A stretch of DNA of 64,000 bases from a virus, in IMG/VR virus record IMGVR_UViG_3300045988_183636; one strand, written 5' to 3'. The position numbers and the translations under genes are program-made. The notes under the pieces are model-generated. The model was given only the letters and a program-made list of their open reading frames with translations. It was not told the DNA's origin and ran no database searches. Below, one piece after another: positions 30,392 to 38,168 of the stretch. The stretch's first letter is position 1, and each line of letters opens with the position of its first letter.

Positions 30392-30721
30392 ATGAAAATT
30401 TACTTTGAGGATGGAAAACTTGTCAATATTAAGCAATTACCGATTGCGCCGGATTATGTGATTGATGCTTCTGATGGAGTAACTGCCTGCATGGATATGC
30501 TGGATCGAATTTACTCGACTAATCGAGATGCAGTTGTATATACAAATTCAATTATTGCATTCAGTAACCGGTATGCATGGAATGAAGAGAAGAAAATTTC
30601 GGATGTTTATATCAGAGATGGAGAGGGTATGGAATTTACCAATATTGCGCTTCTGACAAATAGACAACTTCGGGAGGGGCATAATCTCGCGAAGTTGTAT
30701 CTTGGCGGTGAGTTCCGGTAG
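30392..30721 (+). CDS. hypothetical protein
   Basis: start moved to MKIYFEDG after RBS GGAGGGAG. Confidence 0.5.
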   Translation: MKIYFEDGKLVNIKQLPIAPDYVIDASDGVTACMDMLDRIYSTNRDAVVYTNSIIAFSNRYAWNEEKKISDVYIRDGEGMEFTNIALLTNRQLREGHNLAKLYLGGEFR

Positions 30722-31115
30722 GAAAGAAAGGGAAAAATCATGGACAAAAGTGGAGTAATTAACGGATAGACTTACGAGGAAACAAACCAGACTGCGAAAA
30801 CTGCATGATTGTGGGAAAAAATATGTACAGATAGGATGTCCTACGACAGCTTATGGGATTTGTGTAGGCATACAAAAAGGAAATTGATGAATACTATGCG
30901 GTCGGAGTCCCAGAAGAGCGCCTGGAAAATGCAGAAAAGCAGAGAAAGGAAGAAAAACTTGAGCAAGAATCTAATTTGCATATGAGGGTATAGCAGATTC
31001 AAGATCGGTTGTATGTATTATTTTTGAAAGGGGTGATGCCTATTGAGAGTTAATTTTAAAGAGAGTACATAAATAGCAGTTTAAAAAATCATAAAGAATG
31101 TGAGGGAAAAAATAT

Positions 31116-32900
31116 ATGAGTGGTTTACCATTTGATCCTATTATTATTGCGGTTGTCGCGGTCGTTGTGATCCTTATCGGCATACTTGCCAGCGGGTATG
31201 TCAAAGCGCCGGCAGACAAGGCATACATCATTTCCGGACTTAAGAAAGTTCCGAAGGTGTTAATTGGCCGGGCAGGAATTAAGATTCCTTTTCTGGAAAG
31301 AAAAGACGAACTTCTGTTAAAGCAGATCGGTATTGATATTAAAACCGGAGGCTATGTTCCAACGAAAGATTTCATCGGTGTTGATATTGATGCGATTGCA
31401 AAAATCCGTCTGATTTCCATGCAGGATGTAGGCAAAGAGAAAACCTATACCAGAACAATCGTTGATGAGATTGTTGACGGCAGCAATACAAAAGATGGAG
31501 ATAAAGAATATTCAACTCATACAGAAACTGTTACAATCAAGATTACAGAAGATATGGCGCGTGCGGCAATGCGGAATTTCCTTAATATGAAAGAATCCAA
31601 CATTGTTGAAGCTTTACAGGATTCTTTACAGGGAAATATGAGAGAAATCGTTGGTACGCAGACATTGCGTGCTTTGTGCCAGGATCGTAAATCTTTTGGT
31701 GATGAGGTTCAGAGCAAAGCGCAGCCGGATATGAATGCCCTCGGTGTATGGATCGAGTCCTGCAATATTCAGCGTATTGAGGACGAACAGGATCTGATCA
31801 ATGCTCTTGGTATGGATAACATGGCTGCTATCCAGAAGAGTGCAAGCATTGCAAAGGCAGAGGCTGACAAAGACGTTGCGATTGCACAGGCGAAGGCAGC
31901 AAGAGAAGCAAATGATGCAAAAGTCGCCGCTGATACGGAAATTGCTGAGAAGCAGAACGAGCTTGCAATCAAAAAGGCAGAATTACAGCAGCTCTCTGAC
32001 ACAAAGAAGGCGATTGCGGATGCTGCTTATAAGATTCAGGAACAGGAACAGCGTAAAGCGATTGAGACAGCAAAAGTTAATGCAGATATTGCAGAGCAGG
32101 AAAGAACTGTTGAACTTCGCGAGAAGGAAGCACAGGTTGCAGAACAGACACTTAATGCGACGGTAAAGAAGCAGGCGGATGCAGATAAGTACAGCAGACA
32201 GCAGGCTGCAGAAGCAAATCTGATTGAAAAATCCCGTCAGGCTGATGCAGAAAAATATCAGCAGGAGAAGGAAGCAGAAATCCAAAAGATTAAGGCAGAG
32301 GCCGATAAGGAAGCGAAGAAAAAAGAAGCAGAAGGTATTCTTGCAATCAAGAGATCAGAAGCAGAAGGTATCGCCGCTGTAGGTAAAGCAGAAGCTCAGG
32401 CAATCGAAGCAAAAGGTATTGCAGAAGCTCAAGCAATGGAGAAAAAAGCAGAAGCTTATTCAAAGTATAACAAGGCTGCTGTTGCAGAAATGACGATCAA
32501 AATGCTTCCAGAGCTTGCAGCCAAAGTTGCTGAGCCGCTTGGACAGATTGACAAAATCACAATCATCGGAGGCGGCGATGGCAGCAATGGTATCGAACAG
32601 GTTGCCGGGAATGTTCCTGTTGTTATGGCGAAGGTCTTTGAGAGTGTCAAAGAAGCTACAGGGATAGATCTGACAAGTATTGTTAATGCTGAGTCTTACG
32701 ATGCGAAGGTTAACCGCAATGTTAATTTAACCGGTATCAAAGATACGGTGGCAATTTCCGGCGGATCAAAGAGTGATACTGACGCAGATAAAACCGAGAA
32801 TTCCGGCATCGATTCTGATTTATCAGGAGAAAATGCAGAGGTCATCCGTTCTTTGGCAGAAAATGCTAATCAGGAATCAGCTGACAGTAATCTGGACTAA
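31116..32900 (+). CDS. flotillin-like SPFH/band-7 protein with a long coiled-coil
   Basis: N-terminal TM segment, SPFH core, then ~250 aa of A/E/K/Q-rich heptads. Confidence 0.7.
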   Translation: MSGLPFDPIIIAVVAVVVILIGILASGYVKAPADKAYIISGLKKVPKVLIGRAGIKIPFLERKDELLLKQIGIDIKTGGYVPTKDFIGVDIDAIAKIRLISMQDVGKEKTYTRTIVDEIVDGSNTKDGDKEYSTHTETVTIKITEDMARAAMRNFLNMKESNIVEALQDSLQGNMREIVGTQTLRALCQDRKSFGDEVQSKAQPDMNALGVWIESCNIQRIEDEQDLINALGMDNMAAIQKSASIAKAEADKDVAIAQAKAAREANDAKVAADTEIAEKQNELAIKKAELQQLSDTKKAIADAAYKIQEQEQRKAIETAKVNADIAEQERTVELREKEAQVAEQTLNATVKKQADADKYSRQQAAEANLIEKSRQADAEKYQQEKEAEIQKIKAEADKEAKKKEAEGILAIKRSEAEGIAAVGKAEAQAIEAKGIAEAQAMEKKAEAYSKYNKAAVAEMTIKMLPELAAKVAEPLGQIDKITIIGGGDGSNGIEQVAGNVPVVMAKVFESVKEATGIDLTSIVNAESYDAKVNRNVNLTGIKDTVAISGGSKSDTDADKTENSGIDSDLSGENAEVIRSLAENANQESADSNLD

Positions 32901-32916
32901 CAGAATATGTAATTTA

Positions 32917-32961
32917 AGACATATACCGGGGTACTTGCGTATTCTGGTATATGTCTTTTTA
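32917..32961 (+). terminator. rho-independent terminator
   Basis: agacatataccggggtacttgcgtattctggtatatgtcttttt. Confidence 0.6.
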
Positions 32962-33108
32962 TGCTTTTATGGTGAGAGTTTTATTTTTGATCATGGCGAA
33001 ACGATACCAAAGAAAGTCCGGTTTGCAGTGTACGAAAAATGCAACCACCGGTGCAATTTTTACTTCGAAAAGATCGGACTGGATATGGCGTAAGTTTTCA
33101 AAAAATCT

Positions 33109-33139
33109 TTGACGATTTTTCAAAAGGCGCAATATGTAT
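33109..33139 (+). promoter_or_regulatory. class-1 promoter
   Basis: ttgacgatttttcaaaaggcgcaatatgtat. Confidence 0.6.
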
Positions 33140-33142
33140 AGT

Positions 33143-33283
33143 GTAAAGGTCATAAACCGAGCTGCCAGGGTTACCGGCTGGCAGAAAATCCTTTCGAAAA
33201 ATGTTTACGTTCCGGGAAATCCCCGGAAAGGATAGTGGGTACGCAGCGCAAGTTATTCCGGGTTCGACTCCCGGATATCCTTT
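33143..33283 (+). ncRNA. conserved structured 5' leader, copy B (tRNA-like acceptor/T-arm minihelix at its 3' end)
   Basis: same ~95 nt core as A and C; AAGGATA-(hairpin)-CCGGGTTCGACTCCCGG-ATATCCTT forms an acceptor-stem + T-arm (TTCGACT loop) module. Confidence 0.5.
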
Positions 33284-33318
33284 TTCAAAATTGCAGGAAA
33301 AATGTGGAGGAAAAGAGA

Positions 33319-33624
33319 ATGGATGAACTGATCAAGAAACTTCGGATGTATGCAGACACATACAAAAAAGAACCAGCCGGACGGGAAGTTGAAGGTACCG
33401 TGGAATTGCTCGAAAATTCTGCAGATGCTTTGCAGGAAGCAGGGGAGGCTGTTCAAAAATTAAAGCAGAGATTTGTGGATGGAATAGATGTCCATTACCA
33501 GGGACATGATGCCGACGATTACATTGAGTGTCCTTTCTGCGGATACGAGGTTGCAGCGATCGACGATTACTGTGAGCTGCGCCCAAATCATTGTCCGAAA
33601 TGTGGAACAAAGCTGATATACTAG
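33319..33624 (+). CDS. zinc-ribbon protein
   Basis: CPFCG...CPKCG; start moved to MDELIKK. Confidence 0.5.
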   Translation: MDELIKKLRMYADTYKKEPAGREVEGTVELLENSADALQEAGEAVQKLKQRFVDGIDVHYQGHDADDYIECPFCGYEVAAIDDYCELRPNHCPKCGTKLIY

Positions 33625-33639
33625 ATATAGGAGGCTGGC

Positions 33640-33867
33640 ATGAAAGAATTGAGGAAGTTGTGCATGCACCCATTGTGCGATGCAGAGCCAAAAATGCATA
33701 CGATTTACGAATATATCGGAAAAGCCGGGACGAAAGGTACGACAGTTTTGTGGTTCCTTGAGATCCCAAAAAAGGAGCCAAAGTGTATGGGATCAGTGAG
33801 GAAGACCATGTTTCTCCGTATATGGAAGGCATGGCATTCCGGTATGCAGAATTCAAACCATACATGA
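33640..33867 (+). CDS. hypothetical small protein
   Basis: RBS TAGGAGG. Confidence 0.45.
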   Translation: MKELRKLCMHPLCDAEPKMHTIYEYIGKAGTKGTTVLWFLEIPKKEPKCMGSVRKTMFLRIWKAWHSGMQNSNHT

Positions 33868-33976
33868 TTGATGAGATTTACAGCAATGGATTCGTTGTCT
33901 GCCACGAGTGTTAGGATAAGACAAAAATGCGTGTCCAATTAACAAGAAGGAATATGCGGTAAGTAATGGAGATATT

Positions 33977-34456
33977 GTGGATATAAATGCAGAATACCAC
34001 AAAAGGGCATCAAATCTTGGCATGGAGAAGCAGAGGACTTACCTTCAGTATGAGATCTCCAAGCCAGATGTCATCAGAAAAGATCTTGAGACCGCAAAAA
34101 AGAGGCTGGAAAAGGCAAAAGAAAGAAATTTTAAAACGTTGGATGAGTGGGAAGAAAAAATTGAAGCTTATACGAAAGTGTTGGAAGACAGCAAAGTATC
34201 TTCCTTGTTTTACAATGATATTTCTAACGCCATTTCGGACGGAACAGCACAGTGCCGTATCTGTACCTTCGTTTGGCAGGGTAAATGGAAATATACGGAA
34301 AATATTTCCCTTGGAGTGTGCGTCGTGATCAAGCACATGGGGTACACCTACATTTTTGGCACAAGTCCAGACAGCCAGTATTCTCCATGTTTTGCAGTAT
34401 GGGAAAGCGAAGGAGAACCAGAGCTGGAAGAAGAAAACTACCTTATAGTCAAGTAA
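33977..34456 (+). CDS. hypothetical protein (GTG start)
   Basis: GGAG 5 nt before the GTG; 159 aa. Confidence 0.4.
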   Translation: MDINAEYHKRASNLGMEKQRTYLQYEISKPDVIRKDLETAKKRLEKAKERNFKTLDEWEEKIEAYTKVLEDSKVSSLFYNDISNAISDGTAQCRICTFVWQGKWKYTENISLGVCVVIKHMGYTYIFGTSPDSQYSPCFAVWESEGEPELEEENYLIVK

Positions 34457-34518
34457 GAAAGAAGCCGGGGAATCCCGACTTTTCTGCTGCATTGTGTGTA
34501 TATTTTAACGCCGCCTGC

Positions 34519-34591
34519 GGGATTCGAACCCGCGGATAAAGAGTTCAAAGCTCCCTGCGTTAACCTTTTCGCCAAGGCGGAGCACACCCGG
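34519..34591 (-). tRNA. tRNA-Gln (anticodon UUG), no encoded CCA
   Basis: manual fold: 3-bp D-stem, anticodon loop CUUUGAA, T-arm GCGGG-TTCGAAT-CCCGC; 1:72 mismatch. Confidence 0.6.
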
Positions 34592-34592
34592 A

Positions 34593-34660
34593 AGGACTCG
34601 AACCCTCGTTACCGGTTTTGGAGACCAGTTTCTGTCCATCAGACAGGTGCATAACAGGCG
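34593..34660 (-). tRNA. tRNA-Trp (CCA), compact 68-nt form with a reduced D-arm
   Basis: anticodon arm CUGGU-CUCCAAA-ACCGG matches Trp; T-arm GAGGG-TTCGAGT-CCTTC; D region is only a 4-bp stem with a 5-nt loop; acceptor stem has two G.U pairs. Confidence 0.45.
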
Positions 34661-34664
34661 ATAA

Positions 34665-34735
34665 TGGAATCGAACCATTGTTTTCTGAGTCAGAATCAGA
34701 TGTCTTACCATTGAACGAATCGCCCAGTATCCCCA
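34665..34735 (-). tRNA. tRNA-Gln (CUG)
   Basis: anticodon loop UUCUGAC; 3-bp D-stem; T-arm AATGG-TTCGATT-CCATT. Confidence 0.6.
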
Positions 34736-34737
34736 AA

Positions 34738-34812
34738 GGGACTCGAACCCTTAACCGACAGATTAGAAATCTGTTGCTCTTTCCAATTGAGCTATGGGGA
34801 TATATAGCGCAG
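34738..34812 (-). tRNA. tRNA-Arg (UCU)
   Basis: D-arm GCTC..GAGC; anticodon loop UUUCUAA in stem ACAGA/UCUGU; T-arm AAGGG-TTCGAGT-CCCTT. Confidence 0.65.
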
Positions 34813-34818
34813 ACACCG

Positions 34819-34907
34819 GGGATCGAACCCGGACAGCGGGTGTGCCGCATGCCACATTAGCAGTGTGGAGGGGTACCATTTACCTTTATATGTCTGCATA
34901 AGAGGCA
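34819..34907 (-). tRNA. tRNA-Ser (GCU), long variable arm
   Basis: 89 nt; anticodon loop CUGCUAA in stem CCACA/UGUGG; T-arm CCGGG-TTCGATC-CCCGG. Confidence 0.55.
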
Positions 34908-34912
34908 TCGGA

Positions 34913-34984
34913 GGGGATCGAACCCTCGCCTTCCGGGTTGCAGCCGGACGCCTTCGCCGTTTGGCTACGATGCCATATAATTCT
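34913..34984 (-). tRNA. tRNA-Cys (GCA)
   Basis: anticodon loop CUGCAAC in stem UCCGG/CCGGA; T-arm GAGGG-TTCGATC-CCCTC. Confidence 0.6.
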
Positions 34985-35014
34985 TCCCGATAAGAGAAGA
35001 TGAGCGCTGGGGCA

Positions 35015-35098
35015 GGGAGTCGAACCCTGATATCCTTTCGGAATGACGGTTTTCAGGACCGTTGCTTTACCAGTTGAGCCACCACAGCAAAAATAAAA
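35015..35098 (-). tRNA. tRNA-Ser (UGA)-like, long variable arm, unusual C33
   Basis: 84 nt; anticodon loop CCUGAAA; variable stem UCC-gaaa-GGA; T-arm CAGGG-TTCGACT-CCCTG. Confidence 0.5.
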
Positions 35099-35333
35099 GC
35101 ATACACCTCTCAATCGAAAGATGTATGCTTTGCAATTCCAGGTATTTCCAATATTCTCCCGGAAATTTCCCTACAATGACCACATTTCTTTCAATTTGAG
35201 ACAATATTTATTTGCACGACAACTACGCCAGATACATGACTGCGACTGACTCATACTTGCCTGTGAATATTGTCTCATTACTGCTGTAATCATTGATTTT
35301 CCCTTCCTTTCCTTGGTTTTCTTGAATATTTAG

Positions 35334-35407
35334 TGTGTCTGGTGGGACTTGAACCCGACGACCCCACGATTAAAAGTCGCGTGCTCTGCCAACTGAGCTA
35401 CAGACAC
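35334..35407 (-). tRNA. tRNA-Lys (UUU)
   Basis: canonical fold: acceptor GTGTCTG/CAGACAC, D-arm AGCTCAGTTGGCAGAGC, anticodon loop CUUUUAA. Confidence 0.7.
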
Positions 35408-35412
35408 ATAAG

Positions 35413-35484
35413 CGGATCAGGAGGGAATCGAACCCTCATCTTCCGGTAGACAGCCGGATGTACTAGCCGCTATACTACAGATCC
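35413..35484 (-). tRNA. tRNA-Asp (GUC)
   Basis: anticodon loop CUGUCUA in stem UCCGG/CCGGA; T-arm GAGGG-TTCGATT-CCCTC. Confidence 0.6.
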
Positions 35485-35488
35485 ATAA

Positions 35489-35561
35489 AGCTCCCGTCCG
35501 GCTTCGAACCGGAAACCTTCTGATTACAAGTCAGATGCACTACCAGTTGTGCTACAGGAGC
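35489..35561 (-). tRNA. tRNA-Thr (UGU)
   Basis: D-arm GCACAACTGGTAGTGC; anticodon loop CUUGUAA; T-arm TCCGG-TTCGAAG-CCGGA. Confidence 0.65.
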
Positions 35562-35567
35562 AGGAAC

Positions 35568-35638
35568 ACTTCCGACGGGTGCTGCCCCGCTATCTCCGCC
35601 GTGACAGGGCGGTGACTCTGTTGTTTGTCCTCGGAAGT
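35568..35638 (-). ncRNA. non-canonical tRNA-like element (8-bp acceptor-like stem, anticodon-like arm CCGCC-CUGUCAC-GGCGG, 4-bp T-like hairpin, no D-arm)
   Basis: ACTTCCGA...TCGGAAGT closing stem; sits inside the tRNA array at tRNA spacing. Confidence 0.35.
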
Positions 35639-35645
35639 AAATAAG

Positions 35646-35727
35646 TGCGCCGGGGAGGACTCGAACCTCCGGTGTTTCTTTGTGGCTGATTTACAGTCAG
35701 CTGCTGTCGCCTCTGAGCCACCGACGC
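35646..35727 (-). tRNA. tRNA-Tyr (GUA), long variable arm
   Basis: 82 nt; anticodon loop CUGUAAA in stem GCUGA/UCAGC; T-arm GGAGG-TTCGAGT-CCTCC. Confidence 0.6.
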
Positions 35728-35732
35728 ATAAG

Positions 35733-35804
35733 CTGGTCCGGAGGGTCTCGAACCCTCAACGCCCCGGTTAACAGCCGGGTGCTCTACCATTGAGCTACGG
35801 ATCA
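35733..35804 (-). tRNA. tRNA-Asn (GUU)
   Basis: D-arm AGCTCAATGGTAGAGC; anticodon loop CUGUUAA; T-arm GAGGG-TTCGAGA-CCCTC. Confidence 0.65.
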
Positions 35805-35805
35805 G

Positions 35806-35877
35806 AGCATGTGACGGGTCTCGAACCCGCCCGTCCTGCTTGGAAGGCAGGTGTGCCGCCAACAACACTTCACATGC
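35806..35877 (-). tRNA. tRNA-Gly (UCC)
   Basis: anticodon loop CUUCCAA in stem CCUGC/GCAGG; T-arm with TTCGAGA loop. Confidence 0.6.
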
Positions 35878-35942
35878 ATGCGGATAAAAGAAGTGCCTGT
35901 TTTCTCTTATCCATTCAGTTTTTTTACCGCATCGCTGCGGAG

Positions 35943-36014
35943 TGGACAGGAGTGGTAACGATCCACCCTGTAAGGATTTTCAGTCCTTCGCTAATCCATC
36001 TCAGCTACCTGTCC
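35943..36014 (-). tRNA. putative tRNA-Phe (GAA) with a non-canonical T-loop (ATCGTTA)
   Basis: perfect 7-bp acceptor GGACAGG/CCTGTCC, U8, anticodon stem AAGGA/UCCUU with loop CUGAAAA; lacks the TTCGA T-loop signature. Confidence 0.4.
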
Positions 36015-36460
36015 ATGGCTTTTTCTGCAATAAAAAAGCCGCATCAAGAAATTTCCTCTTCTCTCTGCGGTCATCTGCGTTTTGCAATATTTCGGTTTTA
36101 AGTGCCTGGTTTAAAATCGAAATCGACCGCGGGAAGGTGTATCATAATAGTTCTGTCCCCATGTTTTCCCGGATTTTGAGCATGAGAAACTAAACATATT
36201 GCTGAAATCGCCGTATGTTCTACAATCATTATTAAAATTTTTACTACTCATCATCTTTAACATGGTTTTCTTTTCCTTTCATTTTAATTAATGCTGGATA
36301 AACAAAAAGCCCGTCACTTAACTCAAAGCTACACATCCAAATAGCTCTGAGTTAAAAGACAGGCACTTCTTTTATCTCATGCACCTATCATATCATACTG
36401 ATCGTGAAGTGTCAACAGGAAATTTAAAAAAGGTTATTTTTGGTTATTTTGGTTATTTTT

Positions 36461-36500
36461 CAAAATAAAACAAAATAAAACAAAATAAAACAAATAAAAA
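36461..36500. repeat. short tandem repeat (AAAACAAAAT)n x4
   Basis: caaaataaaacaaaataaaacaaaataaaacaaataaaaa. Confidence 0.6.
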
Positions 36501-36530
36501 TCTCCGCCAAAATAGACGGAGATTTGAAAA
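36500..36530. terminator. terminator hairpin downstream of the minus-strand gene
   Basis: aatctccgccaaaatagacggagattt. Confidence 0.5.
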
Positions 36531-37151
36531 TTAACAGGTTAATTCGTAGTCGTACAGATCGAGCGGCGTTTTGTTTCCGCTGGACCACTCAAACTCTTCG
36601 TTGTCCCAAATGCTGCGGGCGTTGTTCAGATTGATCTCATCCGTCAATACCTTTTCTTCGATATTAATGAACCGTTCCAAAGATTCTTTGAAGCGGTTGA
36701 TGACTTCCTCGGGATTCTTTGAATGCCAGCTGTATTCGTCGAAAAACCTTCCACTGGCGGTAATTGTTAATTTCTCGCCGTTATCCGACAATCCAGATAG
36801 TTCAAGTGTAACCATTCCCTCGGAAATATCGCTATAATATTCGCCTGGTTTGTTGGTATCGTTGATTTTGTTCCCTAGTTCTTCCGCTTTTTCCATCATG
36901 CCCCAAATTTCCCCTGGAAGCGTAAGGTAGTCTTCTGGATAGTATTCCACGGTTGGGTTGATTTCCTCTTGCAGGAGATCTTCAACAAAATTGTCTCCTT
37001 TAAAAATAGCAAAAGAGTCGACACCTCTTGCGGAAACCTCAACTTTCCCGCATTTGCATGGGAATATTTTAAAAAGTCTTCTATCTCGAGTGTCATAAGC
37101 TACTGAAAAAATGCCGCATTCTTTGCATTTAAAATTTCTTTGTGTTTTCAT
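36531..37151 (-). CDS. hypothetical protein with an N-terminal zinc-ribbon
   Basis: start moved to MKTQRNFKCKECG (RBS GAAGGGAG); minus-strand class-2 motif at 37180..37200. Confidence 0.55.
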   Translation of the reverse strand: MKTQRNFKCKECGIFSVAYDTRDRRLFKIFPCKCGKVEVSARGVDSFAIFKGDNFVEDLLQEEINPTVEYYPEDYLTLPGEIWGMMEKAEELGNKINDTNKPGEYYSDISEGMVTLELSGLSDNGEKLTITASGRFFDEYSWHSKNPEEVINRFKESLERFINIEEKVLTDEINLNNARSIWDNEEFEWSSGNKTPLDLYDYELTC

Positions 37152-37179
37152 GATTTTTCTCCCTTCATCAATGGTTTTA

Positions 37180-37200
37180 TTTACACTTTTAATATGAAAT
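37180..37200 (-). promoter_or_regulatory. class-2 promoter-like motif (minus strand)
   Basis: the reverse complement reads atttcatattaaaagtgtaaa. Confidence 0.45.
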
Positions 37201-37234
37201 ATTAAAAATATTTCAAAAAATTTCCCGGAAATTT

Positions 37235-37266
37235 TTGACGAAATTTCAAAAGGCGCAATATATGTA
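37235..37266 (+). promoter_or_regulatory. class-1 promoter
   Basis: ttgacgaaatttcaaaaggcgcaatatatgta. Confidence 0.6.
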
Positions 37267-37289
37267 ATGAAAGGAGGAGGAAATACAAA

Positions 37290-37622
37290 TTGAAATGTTT
37301 GACATGCAAGAAACACTGGTCGCAGGGAGGCCGCTGTTCAGAGAACGTGAGAAACTGCCTGCATTATGAGGAAGAACCAAGAGGAAAAATGGTCCGCACA
37401 GAACTGTCTTTTCGTATGGATGCAGAGGCGGAAACTCCGGTGGTCAGATTTGGAGAGAAAATACTGGTTTCCGATGGTTCAAAAGCGGTCGAGATGACTG
37501 TGGTCAAGATCAACTGGGTTAATCTTCGGGATATGCTCTGCAATGTATCCGCGGATTATCATGAGAATGAGATGCCGCGATTTGAGAAAGAAAAGAAGTT
37601 CAAAGCATTACATGGAAAATAG
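37290..37622 (+). CDS. hypothetical protein
   Basis: RBS AAAGGAGGAGG; 110 aa; stop abuts CRISPR mini-array 2. Confidence 0.5.
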   Translation: MKCLTCKKHWSQGGRCSENVRNCLHYEEEPRGKMVRTELSFRMDAEAETPVVRFGEKILVSDGSKAVEMTVVKINWVNLRDMLCNVSADYHENEMPRFEKEKKFKALHGK

Positions 37623-37728
37623 TTGCATTCCAGTGGAATGCATGGGGTGAAAGAAATAGGCAAATCGCATGACAATTTCTGAAATTAAATTGTTGCGCTC
37701 CCGTGGAGGGGGGCGTATGGATTGAAAT
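37622..37728 (+). CRISPR. CRISPR mini-array 2 (2 divergent I-C-like repeats, 1 spacer)
   Basis: GTTGCATTCCAGTGGAATGCATGGGGTGAAAG ... GTTGCGCTCCCGTGGAGGGGGGCGTATGGATTGAAAT. Confidence 0.55.
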
Positions 37729-37781
37729 GTGGAATCCTGTGATTGGCACATACTTGGGTGTAGTGCAGAAAAAGTGACCCA

Positions 37782-38057
37782 TTACAGATCACTTTCGATG
37801 AAAATTTGCTTTGCGATTTTTCCGATCACCCAATTTGGAATGTCGCTGCGGCATCCAGAATGGATTTCTCCGTTTTCAACAAAAAAGAATGCGGATTCTT
37901 CCGTTTTCATGCGGTCTAAAGCTTGCGCAGAAAAATATAAGGAATGGTGGAAGTCGCATCTTTGTGCCTCCTCATATGTATGGACTTCCTCTATTTTCCC
38001 ATCGATCAGGCTGACACAGCCGGACCAGAACTCTTTTCCTTCGAATATTGCTGCCAT
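37782..38057 (-). CDS. hypothetical small protein
   Basis: RBS GAAAGGAG; minus-strand class-2 motif at 38083..38105. Confidence 0.5.
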   Translation of the reverse strand: MAAIFEGKEFWSGCVSLIDGKIEEVHTYEEAQRCDFHHSLYFSAQALDRMKTEESAFFFVENGEIHSGCRSDIPNWVIGKIAKQIFIESDL

Positions 38058-38082
38058 GTTTTGCTCCTTTCAAAATACTTTC

Positions 38083-38105
38083 GTTTACACTTTCAATATG
38101 AAATG
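38083..38105 (-). promoter_or_regulatory. class-2 promoter-like motif (minus strand)
   Basis: the reverse complement reads catttcatattgaaagtgtaaac. Confidence 0.45.
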
Positions 38106-38134
38106 AAAATATTTCAAAACATTTCCAAAAACTT

Positions 38135-38167
38135 TTGACGATTTTTTAAATGGCGCAATATGTATCA
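38135..38167 (+). promoter_or_regulatory. class-1 promoter
   Basis: ttgacgattttttaaatggcgcaatatgtatca. Confidence 0.6.
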
Positions 38168-38168
38168 T

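Noticed and set aside
31769-32285. ORFs 31769..32002 (-), 31801..32166 (+) and 31983..32285 (-)
   Set aside because: Alternative-frame artefacts of the A/E/K/Q-rich coiled-coil region of the flotillin gene
34738-34812. Amber-suppressor (CUA) reading of the tRNA at 34738
   Set aside because: Re-registering the anticodon stem (ACAGA/UCUGU) gives a 7-nt loop UUUCUAA with anticodon UCU (Arg); the CUA reading required a 5-nt loop
34010-36193. ORFs overlapping the tRNA array and its upstream block (34010..34492 -, 34505..34711 -, 34560..34850 -, 34618..34860 +, 34886..35113 -, 35590..35868 -, 35790..36101 +, 35942..36193 +)
   Set aside because: They are composed of tRNA sequence or hairpin-rich non-coding DNA and have no RBS
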